From the NCBI GenBank assembly GCA_964384945.1, contig CAYLMK010000012.1, positions 67,498-131,497 on the forward strand: DNA of 64,000 nt, given 5' to 3'. Source of the DNA: an uncultured Thermodesulfobacteriota bacterium. GTDB lineage: Bacteria > Desulfobacterota > DSWW01. The number at the start of each line of letters is the position of its first letter. The stretch's first letter is position 1. This document shows positions 49,725 through 58,143 of the stretch, in pieces. The notes below the pieces were generated by a model, which did not search any database, had not been told where the DNA came from, and worked only from the letters and a program-made list of their open reading frames with translations. The position numbers and the translations under genes are program-made.

Positions 49725-50813
49725 ATGAGCGAGGACATCTATGTCAAGCTGGGCGAGCGGCTGAATCAGAATCCTGTCAAGATGCCGCTGATCGAACCGG
49801 TCCTGGCCTTCCTGCGCGACGTGTTCACCGAGGAACAGGCCCGGCTGGGCGCCGCCTTTCCCGTGGGGGGCCATTCGCTGCAGGACCTGGCAAAGCGGCT
49901 GAACCGGGACCCGTCCGCCCTGGAAGAAATGCTCGAAGCCATGGCGGACGAGGGCCTCGTGTTCGTGGAAAAGAGGGCGGACGTGGGCAAGGTTTACTCC
50001 CTTTCCCCGTTTGTGCCCGGCATCTTCGAGATGCAGTCCATCAAGGGCGAAGAAACGGAAAAGGTGAAGAGGCGTCTGGGATTGCTCCGAGACCTGCACG
50101 AGGGACTGGAGGCCCTTGCAGCGGACCTGTTCCGGAACCCGGAATTGGCCAACGAGCACCTGGGCGCGCCCGGGCTGCGAACCCTTGCCGTGGAGGCCTC
50201 GCTGCCCACGGGTGCTCAGGTCGCCACCTGGGAGCAGATCACGGAGGTCATCGGGCGGGAGAAGTCTTTCGCGGTGGGGACGTGCGCCTGCAGACACGAG
50301 AAGAAGCTCAGCGGCGATCCTTGCAGGATCGATGCGCCGCGCGACGCGTGCGTCTACTTCGGAAAAGTGGCTGATTTCATGATCGAGCGGGGTATGGCCA
50401 AGCGGTATTCGAAGGAGCAGTTGCTGGATCTCCTGGAAACGTGCGAAGACTACGGCCTGGTCCACAATATCAACAACTTCCTGGGCGACAACATCGTCCT
50501 GTGCAACTGCTGCGGGTGCTGCTGCAATTTCCTGGTTCGGATGAAGAAATACCGCGGCCTCAAGCAGGTGGCCGGATCCAATTTTGCGGCTGCGGTGGAC
50601 CCGGAGACCTGCACCGGCTGCGGTGACTGCTTGGATCGCTGCCAGATGGAGGCCCTCGAGCTGGAGGGCGAAACGGCGCGGGTGATCGAGGCAAGCTGCC
50701 TCGGGTGCGGCAACTGCATCTCCGCGTGCCCCTCCGGCAGCCTGTCTCTTGCCCGTTCCGCGGAGGTCGAGCCTCCGAAGAAGCCGGAACAGATCGTAGG
50801 GCTGGGCGTTTGA
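49725..50813 (+). CDS. Iron-sulfur protein with CCGCCC motif and C-terminal 2x[4Fe-4S] ferredoxin domain
   Basis: VGTCACRHEKK, LCNCCGCCCNF, CTGCGDCLDRC and CLGCGNCISACP motifs. Family not pinned. Confidence 0.6.
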   Translation: MSEDIYVKLGERLNQNPVKMPLIEPVLAFLRDVFTEEQARLGAAFPVGGHSLQDLAKRLNRDPSALEEMLEAMADEGLVFVEKRADVGKVYSLSPFVPGIFEMQSIKGEETEKVKRRLGLLRDLHEGLEALAADLFRNPELANEHLGAPGLRTLAVEASLPTGAQVATWEQITEVIGREKSFAVGTCACRHEKKLSGDPCRIDAPRDACVYFGKVADFMIERGMAKRYSKEQLLDLLETCEDYGLVHNINNFLGDNIVLCNCCGCCCNFLVRMKKYRGLKQVAGSNFAAAVDPETCTGCGDCLDRCQMEALELEGETARVIEASCLGCGNCISACPSGSLSLARSAEVEPPKKPEQIVGLGV

Positions 50814-50867
50814 AGTGCAACCGCATGAAGGGCGTCCTTGGGCAGGATGCCGGATGGGAGGGCTCCG

Positions 50868-51596
50868 ATGAAAGGAGGCACGGGCACGGCAGGCGCAGCC
50901 GTCCTGGCGATCGGGATGGCCGCGGCCGGCTGGTTTGTGGGGGACGGGTTCCTCAGGGGCAGAGCCGCCGATCGTTTCGTGACGGTCAAGGGCGTGTCCG
51001 AGAGGGACGTCGAGGCCGACGTCGCCATGTGGCCGATCCGCTTCGTTGCCACGAACGATGACCTGGGGCAGGCCCAGGCCGCGATCAAACAGGCCCATCG
51101 GCATGTCCTGGGCTTTCTGGAGAGGCAGGGGATCGACCCGGCTGCAGCCGAGGTCCAGAGGCTGGAGGTGAACGATCTGCTGGCGAATCCCTATCGGAGC
51201 GGGTCGACCCAGAGCCGTTACATCATCACCGAGACCCTGATGGTCCGCTCCCGGGACACGAAGGCGATTCAGAAGACCAGCCAGGCCGTGGGCGAACTGG
51301 TCGACGCCGGCGTGGTGCTCTCCTCCGGCGGCGGGCCCTCGGACGGGCCGACCTTCCTGTTCACCCGGCTGAACGAGATCAAGCCGGAGATGATCGCCGA
51401 GGCCACTGCCGAGGCCCGCCGTGCGGCCGAGCAGTTTGCCAAGGATTCCGGGAGCCGGATCGGCGCCATCCGCCGCGCGAGCCAGGGCGTGTTCGTCATC
51501 CTTGCCCGGGACCGGGCGCCGGGAGTCATGGAAGAAAGCCAGCCACAGAAGACGGTGCGGGTCGTCTCCACGATCGATTACTACCTCAAGGACTAA
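50868..51596 (+). CDS. SIMPL-domain (DUF541, YggE-like) periplasmic protein
   Basis: GGATGGGAGGG RBS. Signal-anchor. Overall SIMPL family likeness. Confidence 0.65.
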   Translation: MKGGTGTAGAAVLAIGMAAAGWFVGDGFLRGRAADRFVTVKGVSERDVEADVAMWPIRFVATNDDLGQAQAAIKQAHRHVLGFLERQGIDPAAAEVQRLEVNDLLANPYRSGSTQSRYIITETLMVRSRDTKAIQKTSQAVGELVDAGVVLSSGGGPSDGPTFLFTRLNEIKPEMIAEATAEARRAAEQFAKDSGSRIGAIRRASQGVFVILARDRAPGVMEESQPQKTVRVVSTIDYYLKD

Positions 51597-51634
51597 AGGT
51601 ATCGTCACCCCGGACAAGATGAGAGGACAAGGAC

Positions 51635-52141
51635 ATGGGCGCAGACCTGAGCAAGATCGGGCTCCTCGCGCGCAGGGAGATCGAGGCGCGGATGGCGGGC
51701 CCCCTGATCAGGGCCTTTTCAAGGGAGATCGGAGAAGGAAGGGCGCTCGAGATCTTGCGCGGGGTCATCGTCTCGCTCGCGAAGGACAGCGGAGCGATGC
51801 TCCGTGAATTCGTGGGGGGAGACAGCCTGGAGCACTTTGCCAGGGGTCTGCCCCTCTGGAGTCAGGACGATGCGGTCGCCTTCGATCTCCTCGATCTCGG
51901 GCCGGACAGGATCTCGATGAACGTGACCCGCTGCCGGTATGCGGAGATGTACAGGGAACTCGGCATGGCGGACCTGGGGTTTACCCTGTCCTGCGCCCGG
52001 GACTTCGCGCTGGTCGAGGGCTTCAACCCGGCGATCCGGCTCGAGCGGACGCAGACGATCATGGAAGGGGCGGACTACTGCGATTTCCGCTTCACCCTCG
52101 AGGGGAGCGCCCCGGCTTCTTCTCGCAGACCAGGTCCTTGA
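51635..52141 (+). CDS. L-2-amino-thiazoline-4-carboxylic acid hydrolase-like family protein
   Basis: 168 aa. CRYAEMY...CARDF...CDFRF pattern typical of ATC-hydrolase-like proteins. 3' end overlaps the convergent gene by about 50 nt. Confidence 0.45.
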   Translation: MGADLSKIGLLARREIEARMAGPLIRAFSREIGEGRALEILRGVIVSLAKDSGAMLREFVGGDSLEHFARGLPLWSQDDAVAFDLLDLGPDRISMNVTRCRYAEMYRELGMADLGFTLSCARDFALVEGFNPAIRLERTQTIMEGADYCDFRFTLEGSAPASSRRPGP

Positions 52142-52433
52142 AAACCCGCGAGGCGCTGACCGGCTCCAGGGTCACGTCTCCGGCGACGGGGACCTGGCAG
52201 AAGAGGCCGGCCTTTCCGTTGACCCTGCCCGTGCAGCGGCCGCAGATGCCCAGGCCGCACCCGGCGTGGTCGTAGTAGGCCAGCGTGCCGTCCAGGTTCT
52301 GGTAGATGTAATCGAGCACGTCCATGGCCGACATGCCGTCCTCCAGCGGGACCTCGTATTCTTGGTATTGAGGGTCCCTGTCCACCGCGGGATCCATCCG
52401 AAATACCCTCGCGACGATGGTCTTCTCAGGCAT
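52092..52433 (-). CDS. Small 2Fe-2S ferredoxin-type subunit (SdhB/FrdB N-terminal-domain-only)
   Basis: 113 aa from MPEKTIVARVFRMDP. 2Fe-2S plant-type Cys cluster (CGLGICGRCTGRV..C). No 4Fe-4S/3Fe-4S domain. Confidence 0.7.
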   Translation of the reverse strand: MPEKTIVARVFRMDPAVDRDPQYQEYEVPLEDGMSAMDVLDYIYQNLDGTLAYYDHAGCGLGICGRCTGRVNGKAGLFCQVPVAGDVTLEPVSASRVFKDLVCEKKPGRSPRG

Positions 52434-52450
52434 TGCCCGGCCTCTCCTGT

Positions 52451-54229
52451 TCAATGGTGGCCGCCGATATCCGAATGCGACTCCATCATTGTCTTGATCA
52501 TTTCCAGATAGGGTGTCCGGCCACCGGGGGGAGTCAGGGAGTTCGTGCAAACGGGCCGGGTGGTCAACTCGAACCCGCCGTCTGTTCGTCTGACTACGCT
52601 TTCCTTGAGCCAGTGATCGTTGTCCGTATTCGGGTGATCTTCGCGGAAGTGGACGCCCCGGCTCTCGGTCCGCTGCAGCGCGCTGGCCGCGGAGAATTCG
52701 AGAAGATCCAGGATGGACTCGAGCTCGATCGCGTCGAGCCACTCCTTGTTGTAGAGTCTTCCCTCGGCCGTTGTCTGGAGGAACGGCAGTTCGTCCCGCT
52801 TCATCCGCCGGATCTCTTCGAGGAGGATCGCAAGCTCCTTTCCGGTCCGGATCGGGCCGAGGTGCTTGTGCGCCATCTGCTGCACCCGTCTCCGGAGGGG
52901 GGCGGGACGCAGGCCGTCGTTCTTGCGTTGCAGGGGCCGTTCCGCCTTTCGCACCTTCTCCGCAAAGGCCTCCGCTTTCGGCATGGGCGCGCTCGCCTTC
53001 CTGGCATACTCTCCGGCGGTCCGGCCCGCATCGGCACCGTGCACGAGCATCTCGGTGATCGCGGAGAAGACGCGGTTGGCCCCGAACGCCCCGAGGGTGC
53101 ATTCGCCGGCCGCAAACAGGCCGGGTACCCGGGTCTCGAACGCCTCGTTTACGATCATCCCCCCCTCGAAGTATTCGACCACCGCTCCCACTTCCGAGGG
53201 CTCGTTCTCCCTGAACCGCCGGCCGAGTTCGGCCAGGTCGAGGGCCTTGTACTTCCAGTTCGGGAAGACCATGGAAGCGATGAGTTCATAGTTCTCCCAC
53301 GGCACGTCGCCCCGGCGGAAATAAACCCCGCCGTGCGGCGTGCCGCGGCCTTCCCGGATCTCCCGCGCCGTTGCGTAGGAGACGAAGCTCTTGTTCCACT
53401 CCGTGCTCGTGCCGATGCGTACCGTGTGCGGATCATACCGGTCGAGGAAGGCCTGGCCGAGGCTGTTCGTAAGCTTGTGTCCCGCCAGCATCCCCATGAT
53501 GTACGTGGCCAGGCTCCCCCGCCACGCGGGCGGTTCGAGCAGGACGTTGCAGCAGAACGTAATGAACTCCATGTTTCCGAGGTCCGCGCCGGCCCGGTGC
53601 GCGGCCACCATGCCCTCGCCCGAGAGGTCCCGCATCCCGGTATTGGGCCAGAAGGCCTTGTGCCAGCCGCCGGCGGCCATGACCACGGCCTTGGCCGCGA
53701 CGCGGATGAATTCCCCCTTTCGGACATCGAGCGCGAGTGCGCCGGCGATCCTGCCCTGCTCGACCACGAGATCGATGAGCATGACGTCCTCGAACAGATC
53801 CACGCCGACGGTGCGGGCCCGTCTGAGCAGCACATCCATGAGTCCGAGCCCGCTTGTGAAGACGGCCCGCTCCTCCGAGATCAGGATGGCGAGTCCCCAG
53901 TCGATCATCTCCTTGAGACGGGCAGGGGCCTGCCGGACGTAATGCTCCACCCGCTTCTGGTCGTTCAGGAAGAACCCCTGCGTCACGATGTCGTGGAAGA
54001 CCTTCTCTTCGCTGTCGCCCGGGGCCCCGGGGTAGCCGAGGGCGCTCAGGCTCCTTCCGTCCAGGGTGAAGTCGGCGCCCGCCATGGGGCTCGCGCCGCA
54101 GCGGGCCAGGGGCCCCTTGCTCAGGAGGACCGCCTTGGCCCCCTTCTCCCTGGCGCCGATGGCGGCCCGGAAGCCGGCGCCTCCGCCGCCCACAATGAGA
54201 ACGTCCGTTCGAATCGTCTGTCCGGCCAT
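52451..54229 (-). CDS. FAD-binding flavoprotein of the succinate dehydrogenase/fumarate reductase (SdhA/FrdA) family
   Basis: DVLIVGGGGAG dinucleotide motif. FAD_binding_2 fold. C-terminal RGVHFREDHP. Start 54229 or 54244. Confidence 0.8.
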   Translation of the reverse strand: MAGQTIRTDVLIVGGGGAGFRAAIGAREKGAKAVLLSKGPLARCGASPMAGADFTLDGRSLSALGYPGAPGDSEEKVFHDIVTQGFFLNDQKRVEHYVRQAPARLKEMIDWGLAILISEERAVFTSGLGLMDVLLRRARTVGVDLFEDVMLIDLVVEQGRIAGALALDVRKGEFIRVAAKAVVMAAGGWHKAFWPNTGMRDLSGEGMVAAHRAGADLGNMEFITFCCNVLLEPPAWRGSLATYIMGMLAGHKLTNSLGQAFLDRYDPHTVRIGTSTEWNKSFVSYATAREIREGRGTPHGGVYFRRGDVPWENYELIASMVFPNWKYKALDLAELGRRFRENEPSEVGAVVEYFEGGMIVNEAFETRVPGLFAAGECTLGAFGANRVFSAITEMLVHGADAGRTAGEYARKASAPMPKAEAFAEKVRKAERPLQRKNDGLRPAPLRRRVQQMAHKHLGPIRTGKELAILLEEIRRMKRDELPFLQTTAEGRLYNKEWLDAIELESILDLLEFSAASALQRTESRGVHFREDHPNTDNDHWLKESVVRRTDGGFELTTRPVCTNSLTPPGGRTPYLEMIKTMMESHSDIGGHH

Positions 54230-54348
54230 CCAACCCCCTTTCACGGCCGTGTGCTTGATCGCACCGGCTCGCAGGCCAACCCTATCACTTGCCGAAGCCC
54301 ATTGTCAGTACAGATTAATAAAACACAATACTGTGAAAAATAATTTTC

Positions 54349-54377
54349 TTGACACCCCCACGGGAATGATTTACACT
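54349..54377 (+). promoter_or_regulatory. Candidate sigma70 promoter within AT-rich tract upstream of the metzincin lipoprotein gene
   Basis: TTGACA (54349-54354), 17-nt spacer, TACACT (54372-54377). Embedded in a 130-bp AT-rich segment (54290-54420) atypical for this 65% GC sequence. Confidence 0.35.
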
Positions 54378-54426
54378 ATGCAAACAAATATACTTTCTGA
54401 CAGAACAAAGACGAAGTTGTCTGCAA

Positions 54427-54969
54427 ATGAGATTCGCAAGCCTGATCCCTCTCTGCCTCCTCGTGCTCGCCGCGTGCGGCGAGCACGAGGAGCAAACGAC
54501 GGAGTTTGGCCTTTGCTCGGATGCGACATTGGAAGAACAAGAGACTATGTGGAGAGTCTACGGCACGTTCTGTGAGTTGGGGTACGAGCCTCACTCTTGC
54601 GTGGTATTCGTGCGTTCGCCAGATCAAGAAGTGCTGGATGGTTTGACATGGGTGGAATTACCCGACAGGTATCGTATTGATGCGAGGAACGCGGCAGAGG
54701 GGTGGCGTGGCTGCTATCTCGGTGGGGTCGTCTACGTCAGGAGGTACGGTGAGGCGGAACCCTATCTGGAGTCTCTGCTGATCCACGAACTGGCGCATTC
54801 CGTTGGATTTCAGCACGGATCGGCGATGAAAGCATTCGAGTCCCGAGTCGAGGAGCGAATGCACCGAAGCGCTCTCTCGGCGGCACGACTGAAGCTTGCC
54901 GCAGTGCACCCCGGGGCGACAGCCGGGACCCGGGTCCGCCGTCAGCCCGACGCGCACGGTAGGGGATAG
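54427..54969 (+). CDS. Small lipoprotein with metzincin zinc-protease motif HExxHxxGxxH
   Basis: Lipobox LLVLAAC. HELAHSVGFQH. Gene GC content visibly lower than its surroundings. Confidence 0.6.
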   Translation: MRFASLIPLCLLVLAACGEHEEQTTEFGLCSDATLEEQETMWRVYGTFCELGYEPHSCVVFVRSPDQEVLDGLTWVELPDRYRIDARNAAEGWRGCYLGGVVYVRRYGEAEPYLESLLIHELAHSVGFQHGSAMKAFESRVEERMHRSALSAARLKLAAVHPGATAGTRVRRQPDAHGRG

Positions 54970-54992
54970 GATCGATGGTCCGAAGACCCGCG

Positions 54993-55265
54993 GTGCCTAT
55001 CTCTTCTTGAACCCCATGATCTTGCGGGCCTCATCCGGGGTGGCGGGCTCCCGGCCCAGGATTTCCGCGACCCGGACGGCCCATTCCACGAGTTCGTAGC
55101 TGCCCTTTGCCTATTCGCCGGTGGGAACGCGAACGTTGTCCTCCAGCCCGACCCGCATGTGTCCGCCCATCAGACAGGACTGCATGCTCGCAGGAAACTC
55201 GTCGTTGCCCACCCCGCAGGTTGTGAAGTTGGATTCCGGCGGCAGCGCGTGGACGAGGGTGACAA
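54993..55265 (-). pseudogene. Orphan duplicated 3' fragment of the BKACE-family gene (repeat copy A)
   Basis: 273 bp, identical to 55838-56110 except 2 adjacent substitutions. Encodes ..VTLVHALPPESNF..GLEDNVRVPTGE-TAG-AKGSYELVEWAVRVAEILGREPATPDEARKIMGFKKR with no upstream gene body. Confidence 0.7.
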
Positions 55266-55338
55266 GGGCGTCCGGCCAGCACGAGGAGGCTCTGGAGCAC
55301 TTGCTATCCAACCCACTCGCCGAGAAGCGCGCATGTAT

Positions 55339-55551
55339 CTAAGCATACATGAGACGGCCCTTCGGCTCGGGAATCGATCGCCCCTCTTCCTTGGCCGTCT
55401 CAATCCATTCCTGAATGATCCCCTTGGCGTTTGCTACGGCCTCTTCGTACGTCTTCCCATCGGCCATGCATCCGGGCAACTCCGGAACCTCAACAAGGAA
55501 GGCCTCGTCCTCTCTGCTCCAGTAAATAATCATTTCATACTTGGATTCCAT
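55339..55551 (-). CDS. hicB: HicB-family antitoxin (UPF0150, short form)
   Basis: 70 aa. MESKYEMIIYWSREDEAFLVEVPELPGCMADGKTYEEAVANAKGIIQEWIE. Start 1 nt after the hicA stop. Confidence 0.75.
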   Translation of the reverse strand: MESKYEMIIYWSREDEAFLVEVPELPGCMADGKTYEEAVANAKGIIQEWIETAKEEGRSIPEPKGRLMYA

Positions 55552-55552
55552 G

Positions 55553-55807
55553 CTATTCCCCCAGCGTCAGGTCGTACCGAAGGAGTACGTCCCTTACCTG
55601 CCTCACTTGGTAAGGCTTGGCTTTCCCTTCCCGGGGTTGCAGGTTAAGGATCTCTTCGACTGCGGGCATCGTGAAAACATGGTGATCGCCCCGAATCCTT
55701 TCCGTGAAACCGAGTTTCTTCAGCAACTGGCAGAGGTCTCTGAATGGGACATTCGCATCGCCACGGCGCAGCAGGATGTGTTGCAGCAGCTTCTGGTGTC
55801 TGTCCAT
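55553..55807 (-). CDS. hicA: HicA-family mRNA interferase toxin
   Basis: 85 aa. LCQLLKKLGFTERIRGDHHVFTMP matches the YcfA/HicA motif (GSHH). The longer ORF to 55879 is rejected because it reads into the repeat. Confidence 0.65.
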   Translation of the reverse strand: MDRHQKLLQHILLRRGDANVPFRDLCQLLKKLGFTERIRGDHHVFTMPAVEEILNLQPREGKAKPYQVRQVRDVLLRYDLTLGE

Positions 55808-55837
55808 GTGAGTAAGATGATCACCGCATTCGGGCTT

Positions 55838-56110
55838 GTGCCTATCTCTTCTTGAACCCCATGATTCTGCGGGCCTCATCCGGGGTGGCGGGCTCCCGGC
55901 CCAGGATTTCCGCGACCCGGACGGCCCATTCCACGAGTTCGTAGCTGCCCTTTGCCTATTCGCCGGTGGGAACGCGAACGTTGTCCTCCAGCCCGACCCG
56001 CATGTGTCCGCCCATCAGACAGGACTGCATGCTCGCAGGAAACTCGTCGTTGCCCACCCCGCAGGTTGTGAAGTTGGATTCCGGCGGCAGCGCGTGGACG
56101 AGGGTGACAA
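55838..56110 (-). repeat. Direct repeat copy B (native 3' end of the BKACE gene)
   Basis: 273-bp direct repeat with 54993-55265. Contiguous with the full-length gene. Confidence 0.9.
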
Positions 56111-56702
56111 AGGCATCCGGCCTGAACTTCTGGCCTCCGGCGACGCCCCACACGAAATTGAAGTTCATCGGCTTGGAGAAGAAGCCCTGCTTCATGATCA
56201 GGAGCACGTTGTCGAGGCCGCCGATGTCATAGATCTCGATCTCGGGCTTGACTCCGTTCGCCTCCATGGCCTTTCCGAAATCCTGGAGCATGGTGAATGT
56301 GTTGTCGAAGATGTAGTCGATCATGACCGCGCCGGTCTTCCTGTCGACGATCCCGAAATTCATGGTGTTCGTGTTCAGGGAGGCCATTTCCGGCTTGATC
56401 TCGACGATCTGCGTGAGCCGCTGCTCCGGCGTCTTGTTGATTCCCACCGCCGAACTCAGGTTCACAATCAACTCGGGCGTCTTCTGCTTGATCGCGTCGT
56501 GGGTGGCGCGGATCTTGTCTACCTCGTGCGTGGGCATCCCGTCGTCGAGCCTGGCATGGACGTGCACCATGGCCGCCCCTGCCTTGTAGCACTTGGCTGC
56601 CTCTTCGGCGAACTCTTTGGCCGTGTAAGGCACGTTGGGGTTGTTGTTCTTGTAGGTGCCTGCTCCGGACAATGCCGCGGTGATGATTACCTTGTCTGCC
56701 AT
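55956..56702 (-). CDS. BKACE-family (DUF849, 3-keto-5-aminohexanoate cleavage enzyme-like) protein; reading frame interrupted by TAG at 55956-55958, conserved tail continues to 55842
   Basis: MADKVIITAALSGAG... family-typical. After the TAG the frame reads AKGSYELVEWAVRVAEILGREPATPDEARRIMGFKKR*, matching the usual C-terminus of the family. Confidence 0.8.
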   Translation of the reverse strand: MADKVIITAALSGAGTYKNNNPNVPYTAKEFAEEAAKCYKAGAAMVHVHARLDDGMPTHEVDKIRATHDAIKQKTPELIVNLSSAVGINKTPEQRLTQIVEIKPEMASLNTNTMNFGIVDRKTGAVMIDYIFDNTFTMLQDFGKAMEANGVKPEIEIYDIGGLDNVLLIMKQGFFSKPMNFNFVWGVAGGQKFRPDAFVTLVHALPPESNFTTCGVGNDEFPASMQSCLMGGHMRVGLEDNVRVPTGE

Positions 56703-56732
56703 CTGCGTTCCTCTCCTCTTGGGTGCCCTCGT

Positions 56733-58028
56733 TCAATCTTCGAAGTTGCCTGCCGGTCCCTTGTCGGAATCGATAAGAGCGGCCTTTTCCCTGATCTTGG
56801 CCTCCGTCCACTCGGCCGGGTCTTCGATCCGGGAGGCCTTCGGCCCGAGATCGTAGGAGCCCGCATCCAGGATCGCCTCGAGCGCCAGAGGCGCCGTGTT
56901 CTTGGCGTTGAGAACGTTGACGAGCATGTTGTAGACAAAATCCTCCACGCCCTTCACGATCCTCTCCCTCACGTCGGCCGGCAGGGAGGCCATCTTGTTT
57001 TCGAAGGGAAGGTTGAGATTCTTGTAGTCGCCCTTCTTGAGCCCCTTGGAATTCGCATAGGCGACCATCTCCTCCCACAAGGCCTCGGTGACCCCCTTGT
57101 CCTTGACCTTGCGGAAGCTGCCGTCCTCGTTCAGGATGGCGTTCCCGTAATCGTTGACCTCCACGCCCCAGGAGATCATCTGAAGCGCGGTCGCCACATT
57201 CGCCTTCGTGGTGAGCGTCTCGTTTGCGATCCGGCGCAGGCGCTCCGAGCTGTTCCCCGAAGTTCCGTGCTGCGCCCCGGAGACCTTGTACGGGGTCAGG
57301 GCCTTGTGAATCTCCTTGGTCAGTTCCACCTGGATCCCGGCGTCGCTTGCTTCGATGCCGTGCGTGGTCCCGTTGTTCAGGGCGATCCAGTCGGGAAAGA
57401 TGTCATGGGCGTTCAGGCCGCGAATGAGGAAGAGGGCCTCTGCGACCGTGGAGAGGCCTTCCTTTCCCTTGATCTCGCCCACCTCCGTCTCGAGGCCGGC
57501 CCACTTGGGCACAAAGGCGTTCAGCTCGATGCTGGCAAGCAGGTTCTGGTCGTCCGGCATGTGGGAGGCGTCGATGGCGATCGAGGTCATGCCCGCATCG
57601 AACATGCTCGGGATCTCCATCTTGGCCTTGTCGATGTCCTTCTGTCCCTTGATGCCGTAATGATCCGCGTGGACCGCCACCGGGATGGTGATGCCCATCT
57701 CGTTGCAGAAGGCATCCACCATACGGGCGATATTCCAGTAATTGACCGCGCAGTAGGCCCCGGAACCGCCTTCCGACTTGGCGATTTCGATGATGAGGGC
57801 CGCCTTCGCCCTCTGGGCCGCCCGCAGGGCCCCTCGTATGACGAATTGATTCCTGCCGTTGGCCGCCATGGCGATCGACTTTCCCTTGGAGAGCATGGCG
57901 CGATCGATGACCTTGCCGCTGACGATCAAGGCCTTGGAATTGGGGAAAAGCCTGACCACGTTGGGCGGGCGCCCGATCTTCAGGGCCCTGTTGAAAAGCG
58001 TCTTGTACCCGGGTCGTTTCGCTGTCAT
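56733..58028 (-). CDS. Class II fructose/tagatose-bisphosphate aldolase family protein (long form)
   Basis: GGAGGA RBS. Zn ligands in AVHADHYG and HGTSG. 431 aa. Confidence 0.7.
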   Translation of the reverse strand: MTAKRPGYKTLFNRALKIGRPPNVVRLFPNSKALIVSGKVIDRAMLSKGKSIAMAANGRNQFVIRGALRAAQRAKAALIIEIAKSEGGSGAYCAVNYWNIARMVDAFCNEMGITIPVAVHADHYGIKGQKDIDKAKMEIPSMFDAGMTSIAIDASHMPDDQNLLASIELNAFVPKWAGLETEVGEIKGKEGLSTVAEALFLIRGLNAHDIFPDWIALNNGTTHGIEASDAGIQVELTKEIHKALTPYKVSGAQHGTSGNSSERLRRIANETLTTKANVATALQMISWGVEVNDYGNAILNEDGSFRKVKDKGVTEALWEEMVAYANSKGLKKGDYKNLNLPFENKMASLPADVRERIVKGVEDFVYNMLVNVLNAKNTAPLALEAILDAGSYDLGPKASRIEDPAEWTEAKIREKAALIDSDKGPAGNFED

Positions 58029-58143
58029 GGCATTTCCTCCGCAAATGGAAGGGGGTGCGCACCAAGCAGACAGGACGCATTATAGCGATAGACAAACGCC
58101 CCTTCAAGTTGAATAATGCCTTCCGACAGGATGGGAACCGGCG

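Noticed and set aside
55031-55300. Two near-identical 89/91-aa ORFs (55031..55300 and 55876..56151, minus strand)
   Set aside because: They are frame-shifted readings of the 273-bp direct repeat (Arg/Gly-rich). They are identical only because the DNA is duplicated, so not genes.
55553-55879. 108-aa version of the HicA ORF
   Set aside because: The first 24 codons read into repeat copy B/BKACE 3' end. The conserved HicA core begins at the internal M (55807).
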